Source: Myxococcota bacterium (GTDB lineage Bacteria > Myxococcota_C > UBA6777). Taken from it: DNA of 40,000 nucleotides. The translations under genes and the position numbers were made by a program. The stretch spans positions 1-40,000 of the forward strand of contig JAKLKB010000079.1 in the NCBI GenBank assembly GCA_023150835.1. The letters are read 5' to 3'. Under the pieces are notes generated by a model. The model made no database searches. It was not told where the DNA came from and saw nothing but the letters and a program-made list of their open reading frames with translations. The number at the start of each line of letters is the position of its first letter. Positions within the stretch are counted from its first letter, which is position 1. This document shows positions 19,122 to 27,677 of this stretch, in pieces.

Positions 19122-19847
19122 TTATTTTTTGGCGCAGTTGTCTTTGGCGGCTTTGGTGCAGCGTTGATAGAGGGCGGTGTTGTTGCGTGCGCAGGTGCGG
19201 TATTCGTCGGCAGCACGGTGATAACAAGCGCTTTGTTGATCCCAGATCTCGTTTTGGCAGCGCATGGTTTGAAGGGCGCGATCACGGGTGCAGTTGTAGT
19301 AGGTTTTGTAAGATTTGAGGGTGAAGTGGTTTTTGCACTTGCGTTCTTGGGCGGAAGCGTTGCGTTGGCATCGGATAAAGGCATCTTCCGATTTTTGAGT
19401 GCAGAGGACTTGTTGTTCTTCACAGCCTTCGACGCAGGGGCGGACACCTTCGAGGGTGCAAACCCGACAGTTTCGCATGCAGTTTTGCTTGCAAGCGTTG
19501 ATGGCTTGAGCGCATCGCGGATCTTCGTTGGGTTTGACGCAGGCGGCGAGAGCGTCGGTCTTTTTTTGTTGACAAGCGGCGGTTTGGAGGGGAGTAAGTT
19601 TTTGGCGTTCGCAGAGGGTGGCTTTTTTCTGTTCAGCGCAGCGTTCGTTGGCTTGTTTGCGCTCGGCTTTACAACGCGGGTTGGAGGCGCTGTAGGCGTC
19701 TTTGCAGGTTTTTTTTTGCTGTGTGAATTGGGCTTTGCAGGCTTGGATAGCTTCTGCATAACAAGAACTGGTTTTGGCGGCGTGGAGGGTGTGGGGCATG
19801 GACAAAAAGGCGAAGGCAAGGCAGATCGGGAAAAGAGAGAGGCGCAT
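19122..19847 (-). CDS. Secreted cysteine-rich helical protein (24 Cys after the signal peptide, mostly Cx10C)
   Basis: AGGAG RBS, signal peptide MRLSLFPICLAFAFLSMPHTLHA, and regular Cys spacing. Confidence 0.8.
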   Translation of the reverse strand: MRLSLFPICLAFAFLSMPHTLHAAKTSSCYAEAIQACKAQFTQQKKTCKDAYSASNPRCKAERKQANERCAEQKKATLCERQKLTPLQTAACQQKKTDALAACVKPNEDPRCAQAINACKQNCMRNCRVCTLEGVRPCVEGCEEQQVLCTQKSEDAFIRCQRNASAQERKCKNHFTLKSYKTYYNCTRDRALQTMRCQNEIWDQQSACYHRAADEYRTCARNNTALYQRCTKAAKDNCAKK

Positions 19848-19867
19848 GGGTTGATCTCCTGTTTGGT

Positions 19868-19971
19868 GTGGTGAGAGGCAAGGATGTGCGAACCTTGCGG
19901 CTGTGTATCATGTTGCACCGTAAAGTGATCCACCGCGAAGTGGTGAGAGGCAAGGGTGTGCGAGCCTTGCG
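19868..19971. repeat. Two 32-bp direct repeats (2 mismatches, period 72) in a divergent intergenic region
   Basis: GTGGTGAGAGGCAAGG(A/G)TGTGCGA(A/G)CCTTGCG at 19868 and 19940. Each contains a GCAAGG/CCTTGC stem. Confidence 0.75.
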
Positions 19972-20056
19972 AGGGTGGAGCAAACACAGACATGGCTACA
20001 TACCGGCAGCATAGCCTGTGCGTCTGCAAACACGCAAGAGTCGGAGGAGTGCGGTG

Positions 20057-21298
20057 ATGGAGCGATGGGATCGGTTGTATCCGTGGAAACGCTGGTCGCA
20101 GGCGGAGAAAGACGCGGCAGGAGGCGGTGGGTACTGGGATCTCTCGGGAAGTGTGGGGGTGGAAGAGGGCTTGCGCGTGTTGGAGGCGCGTGGTGGGGTG
20201 GTCGGTTTGGATCTTTCGTGGTATCGGGGAGATACGACGCTGCTCGAATCGTTGCTTGAGGATGGATGGGAGGGGTTGTGTTGTTTGCGCCTGCGGGGAT
20301 GGCGGATGGACGACGGTGTCAAAGGCGTGTTGCGTCGGCTGAAAAGATTGCGGATGTTGGATCTTTCACAGACGCGGTGGGGCGGGGACTTTCGCCCGTT
20401 GGCGGGAGCTTGTGTGGAAGAGATGGAGTTGGCGTGGGCTTCGATGTATCCGGGAGGATTGCAGGGGGTAGAAGGGTTGCCGCGATTGAAGCGTTTGGGA
20501 TTGCGTGGCAACAAGCTGACGGGGGCCGCGTTGCATCCGCTCGAAGGGAGCGCGGGGTTGGAGTCGTTGGATATCTCGTACAATCCGCTGCGGGACGATG
20601 CGGTGGTGATCTTGTCGAAGCTGGTGGGGTTACGAAAGCTGTGGGCTTCGGCGACGGAGATCCGTTTGGAAGGTTGGGAACAGGCGATGGGATGGCCGTT
20701 GTTGGAAGTGCTGCATCTCGATCAGCACCGTGTGGGCGGAGAGTCGGTGGCTTGGGTGACAAAGTGTCCGAACCTGCAAGAGTTAAGCTGGCAAGCCACA
20801 GAGGTGGGGGATCGGGAGTTGCGTTGGTTGTGCGGTTTGCGGCGGTTAGAGCGTTTGTATCTTTCGGATACACGGGCAACAACGGAAGGGATGCGCTCCG
20901 TCTCGTTGTTGTCGGGATTAAAGGAGTTGACGTTGGCGCGAACGGCTTGTGACGATCTCGCGTTGTGGCTTTTGAGCGGATTGACGGGTTTGACGCATCT
21001 GTCTTTGCAGGGGACGATCATCCGTTCGGAAGGGTTGCGTCATCTGGCGTTGTTGCATCGCCTCCAAGAGTTGCGTTTGGGGCAGACGGCGGTGGATGAT
21101 ACAGCGATCCCGTGGTTGCGACGTTTACAATGGCTGCGCTTTTTGGAGATGGAAGACACAGAGTTGACCGAAGAAGGGCTGATCGGCTTGATCTCGATGC
21201 CTCGTTTGGAAAAGCTCGCTTTGCTCGGCACTTCGATCAGCGAAGAGGCCCGTCAACGCTTTCGGATCGCTTCGCCGCATTGTGCGTTGTTGTCGTGA
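20057..21298 (+). CDS. Leucine-rich repeat protein
   Basis: About 12 LxxLxxLxLxxT/N repeats of ~24 aa. GGAGG precedes ATG 20057. No signal peptide. Confidence 0.9.
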   Translation: MERWDRLYPWKRWSQAEKDAAGGGGYWDLSGSVGVEEGLRVLEARGGVVGLDLSWYRGDTTLLESLLEDGWEGLCCLRLRGWRMDDGVKGVLRRLKRLRMLDLSQTRWGGDFRPLAGACVEEMELAWASMYPGGLQGVEGLPRLKRLGLRGNKLTGAALHPLEGSAGLESLDISYNPLRDDAVVILSKLVGLRKLWASATEIRLEGWEQAMGWPLLEVLHLDQHRVGGESVAWVTKCPNLQELSWQATEVGDRELRWLCGLRRLERLYLSDTRATTEGMRSVSLLSGLKELTLARTACDDLALWLLSGLTGLTHLSLQGTIIRSEGLRHLALLHRLQELRLGQTAVDDTAIPWLRRLQWLRFLEMEDTELTEEGLIGLISMPRLEKLALLGTSISEEARQRFRIASPHCALLS

Positions 21299-21637
21299 TA
21301 CGATCATCCGAGAGAAGTGCGATCGAAAGGTAGGTGCGATCCGCTGTAGACGCCCTGTTGTTGGGCAGCCACAGGGGGCTGCATCGGTTGTGCATTGTTG
21401 CGGTAATGGATATTTCGGTAGACGCCCTGTGGTTGGGCAGCCACAGGGGGCTGCATCAGTTGTGCATTGTTGCGGTAATGGATATTTCGGTAGACGCCCT
21501 GTGGTTGGGCAGCCACAGGGGGCTGCATCAGTTGTGCATTGTTGCGGTAATGGATATTTTGGTAGACGCCCTGTGGTTGGGCAGCCACAGGGGGCTGCCC
21601 CTACATCTTCCGCTTGCACGATGGGCGGATTTCGTAT
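21298..21637 (-). repeat. Family D element expanded by a 72-bp REP-containing tandem repeat (3 full units plus 1 partial)
   Basis: GTAGACGCCCTGTGGTTGGGCAGCCACAGGGGGCTGC units at 21346, 21418, 21490 and 21562 with near-identical linkers. Ends CGGATTTCGTAT. Confidence 0.9.
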
Positions 21638-21700
21638 GAGGTCTGGGGTGTTGTCGCTGTGCGTTGCGGTGTGTTGTTGCGGGGGTGCGTTGTTGTCGTG

Positions 21701-21815
21701 ATACGAAATCCGAGTCACGTGTACACGAAGGGTTGTGCGTAGACGCCCTATGGTTGGGCAGCCACGCCTTGCTGCCGCCTACGTTTTGCGATCACACGAT
21801 GGGCGGATTTCGTAT
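21701..21815 (-). mobile_element. Family D MITE copy (115 bp) with perfect 12-bp terminal inverted repeats
   Basis: ATACGAAATCCG...CGGATTTCGTAT. Confidence 0.8.
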
Positions 21816-21831
21816 GAGATCTCGGTGGGGC

Positions 21832-23901
21832 CTAGCGACGGAGACAATAGGTGGGATCAAGGGGGGGTTCGTTTTCTTGTTCGCGTTCTTGTTCGCGTAG
21901 GCGGAGATGGATAGTGGTGAGGGCGGATGGAAGGGAAACTTGGCAGGAATGAAAGCCTGTTTGATCGAGGATGATCATGGTGGCAAGGGCGGGGATACAG
22001 ACACCGCCCTTGTGCATCTGCGGGGTGGCGTGTGGGCGGAGGTGGAGGCTGAGGGTCTTGGGGCGAAAAGGCGTGATCCGCACAAAGCGCATGGTGGAAG
22101 GACACAGCGAAGGCGTTGCGGTCTGGGGTGGCTGGAGCGAAGGCGTGGGTTGAAGGGTCGGTCGATGGTGTGCAGGGCGTGGTGTGCTGAGAAGGCGAGC
22201 CTCGGGAGACGGACGGCGGGAGCGGGCTTTGCGTCTTGCGCGTTTGCGAGGCGTCGCAGCGATATCGCGAACGGACGATGGATCGGGGCGTTGGGTGGTT
22301 CCCGATGCACTGTTTGGATCGGGTGGTTTGGATGGATGAGAAGGGGCCGATGGGTCGGGTGGTTTGGATGGATGAGAAGGGGCCGATGGGTCGGGTGGTT
22401 TGGATGGATGAGAAGGGGTCGATGGATCGGGTGGTTTGGGTCGGAGCAGTCCATGAGAAGAGGTGGGATGAAAGAGGGCGGAGAGATGGGTGCGGAGGAA
22501 GAGGGCGGAGAGTCCGCCAAAGACAAAGAGGGCAAGCAGCAGCAAGAATGGAGCGGCTCGGCGGAGAGGGGGTTTGCGTTGGGTTGGGCGGTTTTCGCCG
22601 AGGAAAGTGTGTTCATCAAAGGGGGTGGGGAGTGGGGAGGGTTCGGTTTTTTTGAAGTCAAGGGCGTCTAGATCGGTGGCGGCGAGGGTGGCGGCATAAG
22701 CGAGGGGAGGGGCTTGGTGAGTGGAAAGGATATCGCTTTGAGAGAGGGATTGGGCGGAGGATTCGAGGGTGGTGGGGGAAGGTCGGAAAGCGTCGGCGAC
22801 AAGGGTGGGTGTGTTGTCGATGGCTTGTTCTTGGGGACGGGTGAGGGCATAGGACGGTCCATCGGGTTCTGCGAGAGGTTTGGAGGCAAAGGTGGGAGGG
22901 GGAGCCTCGCCTTGATAAAAAGGAGCGATGGCATTCCAGAAGGCTTCGGCGGAGCGGTAGCGTTTGTGGGGGTTGCGGTGCAGGGCTTTTTGAAAGATCG
23001 CATCGAGGGCATGGGGGAGATGGAGGTGGGGGTAGGCTTGGGAGGGCGGGGGCATGGTTTCGTATTCGAGCCGCATCTGGAGGATCTGAACCAAGGTGAT
23101 CTCGCGGCGTTTTTGGGGAGGGATCAGCGGGAGTTCGCCAGTGAGCATCTCGTGAAGTAGGATCGCCATCGCGTACAGGTCGGTGTGTGGGCCGATCTGT
23201 TGGTTGGTGGCTTGTTCGGGGGCGATGTAAAAGGGCGTGCCAAGGATGCCTTTGGTCGAGATCTCAAGGGAGCCTGATCGGAGCGTTTCGCTGAGCAGGG
23301 GCTTGGCGATACCGAAGTCGATGATCTTCACGAAATTATCGCGCCCGCGCAGGGAGATCAGCATCACATTGTCGGGCTTGAGGTCGCGATGGACGATCCC
23401 TTCGTTGTGGGCGGACTGCATGGCATCGCAGATCTGTCCGAAGACTTCGAGGCTCCAATCAAAAGGCAGAGCCGCGTTGGTTTGGCGTAAGAAGTGTGTG
23501 AGCGGCAATCCACGCAGGTATTCCATGACGTAGAAATAACCGAGATCTGGAACTTCGCCAAAGTCATCAAACACACGGACGATATGGGGGTTGTGTTGAG
23601 AAAGGATCGACGTAAGCTGAACTTCGCGAAGGAAGCGTGGTTTCATCCCGGGTTTGTCGATCAGATCAGGCTTGAGTACCTTGATCACACGGTCGGGATC
23701 GCGTTTGATCAGGGTGTGTTGTGCGCGATAGACGGTCCCGAAACCTCCTTTTCCCAACACGTCGATCAGTCGGTATTTTCCAGCGATCTCAAGGAGCGGA
23801 AAGTGGCAGTGGATGCAAAAGCGCAGCGGTCGGCTTGGATCGTGATAGGGAGCGAGATTCATCTCGCAATGAGGGCAAACAGCAAGGGGAGTGTTCGTCA
23901 T
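21832..23901 (-). CDS. Membrane Ser/Thr protein kinase with N-terminal zinc ribbon
   Basis: CPHC...CIHC, LGKGGFGTV, HRDLKPDN, DFG and GTPFYIAPE motifs. TM segment LLLLALFVFGGLSALFL, then Pro-rich 12-aa repeats (PSKPPDPSAPSH). Confidence 0.93.
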   Translation of the reverse strand: MTNTPLAVCPHCEMNLAPYHDPSRPLRFCIHCHFPLLEIAGKYRLIDVLGKGGFGTVYRAQHTLIKRDPDRVIKVLKPDLIDKPGMKPRFLREVQLTSILSQHNPHIVRVFDDFGEVPDLGYFYVMEYLRGLPLTHFLRQTNAALPFDWSLEVFGQICDAMQSAHNEGIVHRDLKPDNVMLISLRGRDNFVKIIDFGIAKPLLSETLRSGSLEISTKGILGTPFYIAPEQATNQQIGPHTDLYAMAILLHEMLTGELPLIPPQKRREITLVQILQMRLEYETMPPPSQAYPHLHLPHALDAIFQKALHRNPHKRYRSAEAFWNAIAPFYQGEAPPPTFASKPLAEPDGPSYALTRPQEQAIDNTPTLVADAFRPSPTTLESSAQSLSQSDILSTHQAPPLAYAATLAATDLDALDFKKTEPSPLPTPFDEHTFLGENRPTQRKPPLRRAAPFLLLLALFVFGGLSALFLRTHLSALFHPTSSHGLLRPKPPDPSTPSHPSKPPDPSAPSHPSKPPDPSAPSHPSKPPDPNSASGTTQRPDPSSVRDIAATPRKRARRKARSRRPSPEARLLSTPRPAHHRPTLQPTPSLQPPQTATPSLCPSTMRFVRITPFRPKTLSLHLRPHATPQMHKGGVCIPALATMIILDQTGFHSCQVSLPSALTTIHLRLREQEREQENEPPLDPTYCLRR

Positions 23902-24101
23902 CGGCGTGGTGAGCCTCGCGGTGAACGCATGGTGGTGCATGCAGGGCAGTGTGGGTTGCGGGCATGGCCTTGGTTATTTCGTTCCGATGCGACCGCGCTG
24001 TCAAGAGCGCGTCCGTCTTGTGGGCCGTCCTATCGCTCTCATCCCACTCTTCGACAAGATGTGGGCGCATGGTCTTTGCCCATAAATCGTAGGAGATCGC
24101 G

Positions 24102-25232
24102 TTGAAAGGCACATCAAAGAACAGACAGCACTTGTTGTTTCAAAGAGGCGGGCGATGGCGGGGATGGAACCGTCGAGCGATGGGATGGTGTTGGGGCGTT
24201 TTCTGGGGCCTCTGGATCGGTGTTTTACACGCACAGGCCGCCAAGGACGCCAACTCATGCTCGGACAGGATGAAGCGCGGTGCATGGAAAGAAGCAGCGG
24301 CTTGTTTTTCGGCTCTTGTTGAAGCCATCCCAAAAAACAACACAGACCCTTTTTTACGCAGACAGAAAGCGCTTTATCTGCAATACGCCGCTCGCTCTTA
24401 TGCTGCTTACGCCAAGATGCAAGAAGGTATCCCACAGCGCGCTTATTATTATGAACTTGCGGCAGCGCAGCTTCACCGCTACCTCGATGAGAAGCTGTGC
24501 GACAAACTCTATCAATGCCGCGATGCGCGGGGGCTGCTCCAAGAAAACGAATCCAAGATCGGGTATGCCACGCTGGTGTTTGCAGGGGGCGAACAGCCCG
24601 TTCGTGTCGAGATATCGGGGTTTGAAACCAAGATCACGTTGGTGGTTGAAAAGCAAGCCAGCCAACGCTTGCGCCCGGGCTCTTATCTGTTGCAGATCGC
24701 CGAAACGGCCCAAGCACCGAGCCAAAAGAACCTTGTCTTGTCCCCCGGGCAAACCCAACTCGTCCAATTCGGTCGCGTGGCCGTCGCCGAGCGCAAGCCC
24801 CCCGTCCTTCCGACACCTCCAACCAACACAAGTCCTCCCACAGGAGCTTATGTCTTGATGGCGGTGGGCGGTGGATTGGTCTTGATCGGGGTTGGGATGG
24901 GCATCGGAAGCATCGTTCGCGGAGGACAGTTGGCTCCTTTGATCGAAGCCGAACATGTCAAACTCAACCGCCGAGAAATCGACCCCTTCAACCCCACAGT
25001 AATCCGTCGTGTCGATGCTCTGGTCGATGAACACGATGCGATGGAGGTGATCAACCTTGTGGGTTGGATCGGGGCAGGTGTTGGCGGAGCGTTATTGCTG
25101 GGGGGGGTGATCTGGTTCTTGGTCCATCCCAAGGCTCCCGCAGCCGCCAAGACCGCTTCCACAAGCTCTCATGGGGCTGCCGCAAAAACTGTGATCTTGT
25201 GGCGCTCGTCGTTCGAAGGGAGGCCATTTTGA
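24102..25232 (+). CDS. Exported TPR-like / PEGA-like protein with C-terminal hydrophobic hairpin
   Basis: Signal peptide ending VLHAQA, helical TPR-like region, PEGA-like LRPGSYLLQI, and two Gly-rich hydrophobic segments. The start may be 24180. Confidence 0.75.
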   Translation: MKGTSKNRQHLLFQRGGRWRGWNRRAMGWCWGVFWGLWIGVLHAQAAKDANSCSDRMKRGAWKEAAACFSALVEAIPKNNTDPFLRRQKALYLQYAARSYAAYAKMQEGIPQRAYYYELAAAQLHRYLDEKLCDKLYQCRDARGLLQENESKIGYATLVFAGGEQPVRVEISGFETKITLVVEKQASQRLRPGSYLLQIAETAQAPSQKNLVLSPGQTQLVQFGRVAVAERKPPVLPTPPTNTSPPTGAYVLMAVGGGLVLIGVGMGIGSIVRGGQLAPLIEAEHVKLNRREIDPFNPTVIRRVDALVDEHDAMEVINLVGWIGAGVGGALLLGGVIWFLVHPKAPAAAKTASTSSHGAAAKTVILWRSSFEGRPF

Positions 25233-25672
25233 GCATCTTGCAAACGCTGTTGAGAGGGTGTCGCGGGTGGGGGATGGTGTTGGGATGTTGTTCGGTGTTC
25301 GGAGGCTTTGGTTTGAGCGGGTGTGTTGTCGAACCCAACGTGATCTACTGCGACCGCAAACCAGACATCTGCCCCACAGGTACATTTTGCTGGAATGAAA
25401 CCTTTTGTGTCGATGGTGCGGGCGAAAGCAACGGAGGACGATCAGAAACTCCACCCGAACTTCCCGCATGGGAAGAGGCTCCGCCCTTTGATGCAGGGGA
25501 AACATCTCCCGAGTTCGATGTCGGGCTTCCCGAAACCACAAACTGCTCGTTGGGTCTTACGAATTGTGGAGGGGCGTGTGTGGATCTTTCAAACGACTCA
25601 ACAAACTGCGGTGTCTGCTTTGTAAAGTGCGAAGCCAAACAGGTCTGCGCGGCGAATGTCTGTGTTCCGTAG
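25229..25672 (+). CDS. Cys-rich lipoprotein with a CGGACVD..D..NCG.C...C module typical of myxobacterial Cys-repeat proteins
   Basis: TTG start overlaps the upstream stop, after GGAGG. Lipobox-like GLSGC. C-terminal CGGACVDLSNDSTNCGVCFVKCEAKQVCAANVC. Confidence 0.75.
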   Translation: MSILQTLLRGCRGWGMVLGCCSVFGGFGLSGCVVEPNVIYCDRKPDICPTGTFCWNETFCVDGAGESNGGRSETPPELPAWEEAPPFDAGETSPEFDVGLPETTNCSLGLTNCGGACVDLSNDSTNCGVCFVKCEAKQVCAANVCVP

Positions 25673-25696
25673 GGTGTGTTGTTGCAACCAACGTAA

Positions 25697-25999
25697 CTGG
25701 TTTCGGATGGGCTGTCTGGAAAAGCAAAGAGCTTGTTCTGGTTTCGGACGAGCTGTCTGGAAAGTCAAACAGCATATTCTGGTTTCGGATGAGCTGTCTG
25801 GAAAGTCAAACAGCGTATTCGGGTTTCGGATGAGCTGTCTGGAAAGTCAAACGGCGTATTCGGGTTTCGGATGAGCTGTCTGGAAAGTCAAACAGCGTAT
25901 TCTGGTTTCGGATGAGCTGTCTGGAAAGTCAAACAGCGTATTCTGGTTTCGGATGAGCTGTCTGGAAAAGCAAAGAGCGCATTCTGGTTTCGGACGGGC
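25697..25999. repeat. 41-bp non-coding tandem repeat, 7 units plus a partial
   Basis: C(T/G)GGTTTCGGATGAGCTGTCTGGAAAGTCAAACAGCGTATT at 25697, 25738, 25779, 25820, 25861, 25902, 25943 and 25984. Confidence 0.95.
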
Positions 26000-26070
26000 G
26001 ATCGAGCCGCCAAGGCCAAACCTGTTGCGTGGGGTTTTGTATGTGAACTTGGGATAGGAGTGACGCAGTT

Positions 26071-26203
26071 GCCAAAAAAAGCCGTGTTCGCGAACGCTCA
26101 AGCGACAGAGTGGTTGTCTTGAAAAACCTGTGTTCGCTTCGCCAACACGGGGTCAAGGGAGCCGCGCTAAGGGTGCGGGGTCTGGGGCAGCGCCCCACAA
26201 ACC
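26071..26203 (+). repeat. Family A hairpin repeat copy
   Basis: AAAAGCCGTGTTCGC...TTGAAAAA...GGGGTCAAGGGAGCCGCGCTAAGGG...TGGGGCAGCGCCCCACAAACC. Confidence 0.8.
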
Positions 26204-26432
26204 ATCGAACTGCGTAAGTCCTATCAAGAGAGGAGAAGTCGGTTGCTTTTCTTTTGGGCGGACCCTATAAGGGGTTGAAACAATCGCCTCCCAAACCTGC
26301 TCCTCTCGCTGTGCGACGTGCATCCGAAGAAGCATCCTAGACGTGGGGGGCGTGGTGTCTTGCCATCGCGAGGCACTCACCAAGGCGCGTTGTGATGGGC
26401 GATGCGCCATTATCCGACGGAGCGAGGGAACG

Positions 26433-27470
26433 ATGCAAGTCGAACAGATGTATGAGATGTTGAAGACCAAACTGGGGGATATCGTGCCGGAGGTCGAACT
26501 TGCGATCAAAGCCGAAGTTGCGGTCGAAGTGCTGGAACTCAAAAAGGCCAGAAATGCCGTGATCTTGGGACACAACTACATGGAACCAGCGTTGTTTCAT
26601 TCGGTTCCGGATTATGTGGGCGATTCCTTGGGGTTGAGTCATCTTGCTGCAAAGACCGACAAAGATATCATCGTTTTTTGCGGTGTGGAGTTTATGGCCG
26701 AGACCGCAAAGATCCTAAATCCCAAAAAGATCGTGCTTTCGCCCGCCGAAAAGGCGGGATGTTCGTTGGCTGCAAGCATCACCGCCGAAGATGTGCGACA
26801 ACTCAAAGCCCGCTACCCGGGCGTCCCTGTGATCACCTACATCAACACGTATGCCGACGTCAAAGCGGAGTGCGATATCTGCTGCACATCAGGCAACGCT
26901 GCGGCTGTGGTGAATTCTTTCCGCGAACAAACCGTGATCTTTTTGCCTGACGAATACCTTGCGCGCAACGTCGCCGCTGAAACGGGCAAACATATCATCG
27001 TCCCTTCTCGCGATCCCCGCCTCAACACCAAAGACTCTGTGGTCGATGTGCAGATCATCGGATGGCATGGCCGCTGCGAAGTCCACGAACAATTCACGGT
27101 CGAAGATATCGCGTCGGTTCGTGCCCAATTCCCCGATGTTGTGGTTCTTGCGCACCCCGAATGCAGTCCCGAAGTCGTTGCGGCTTCGGATTTTTCGGCC
27201 AGCACCACCGCCATGATCAAGTATGTCGAGCAAGTCAAAGCCCCGCGCTTCTTGTTGTTGACGGAGTGTGCGATGGGCGACAACATCGCAGGAGCCCTTC
27301 CTGACAAGGAGATGTTGCGGATGTGCAGCATCCGTTGCCCACACATGGCGCAGATCACGCTCGAAAATACACGCGATGCCCTCAAATACACGCAGTATAT
27401 GATCAACGTCCCCGAAGATATCCGTATCCGAGCCGAACGCTCTGTTCTGCGGATGCTTGAGATCCAATAG
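26433..27470 (+). CDS. nadA: Quinolinate synthase
   Basis: ILGHNYM, GDSLGL, FCGVEFMAETAK, AGCSLA, YINT, CCTSGNA, AHPEC and CPHM motifs. Confidence 0.97.
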   Translation: MQVEQMYEMLKTKLGDIVPEVELAIKAEVAVEVLELKKARNAVILGHNYMEPALFHSVPDYVGDSLGLSHLAAKTDKDIIVFCGVEFMAETAKILNPKKIVLSPAEKAGCSLAASITAEDVRQLKARYPGVPVITYINTYADVKAECDICCTSGNAAAVVNSFREQTVIFLPDEYLARNVAAETGKHIIVPSRDPRLNTKDSVVDVQIIGWHGRCEVHEQFTVEDIASVRAQFPDVVVLAHPECSPEVVAASDFSASTTAMIKYVEQVKAPRFLLLTECAMGDNIAGALPDKEMLRMCSIRCPHMAQITLENTRDALKYTQYMINVPEDIRIRAERSVLRMLEIQ

Positions 27471-27588
27471 GCGGGACTCTCTCGCAAAATTGAGATCCAA
27501 TAGGCGGGACGCTCTCGCAAAATTGAGATCCAATAGGCGGGACGCTCTCGCAAAATTGAGATCCAATAGGCGGGACTCTCTCGCGAAA
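27457..27588. repeat. 33-bp tandem repeat x4 that includes the last codons and stop of nadA
   Basis: TTGAGATCCAATAGGCGGGAC(T/G)CTCTCGCAAAA at 27457, 27490, 27523 and 27556. Confidence 0.95.
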
Positions 27589-27606
27589 GACAGGGGCTTT
27601 GTCTCG

Positions 27607-27663
27607 CAGGTGTTCAACACCTGTTCGCGATAACGGAGTTCAACACCTGTTCGCGATAACGGA
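27607..27663. repeat. Palindrome CAGGTGTT-C-AACACCTG overlapping a 26-bp direct duplication just upstream of nadB
   Basis: GTTCAACACCTGTTCGCGATAACGGA at 27612 and 27638. Confidence 0.8.
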
Positions 27664-27677
27664 TAGGAAAAACAGCC

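Noticed and set aside
19076..20029. Alternative 317-aa (-) and 258-aa (+) ORFs over the Cys-rich gene
   Set aside because: The 19122-19847 frame has the RBS, signal peptide and ordered Cys pattern. The others are frame or antisense shadows.
21346..21604. 72-bp periodic array as a CRISPR
   Set aside because: The would-be spacers are near-identical, the conserved part is a REP hairpin found elsewhere in the window, and no cas genes are present.
25697..25999. 41-bp array as a CRISPR
   Set aside because: It has no unique spacers of CRISPR length and is a head-to-tail tandem repeat.
26204..26432. NAD+ riboswitch in the nadA leader
   Set aside because: I could not recognise the conserved nadA-motif core. 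An Infernal/Rfam search would be needed to exclude it formally.
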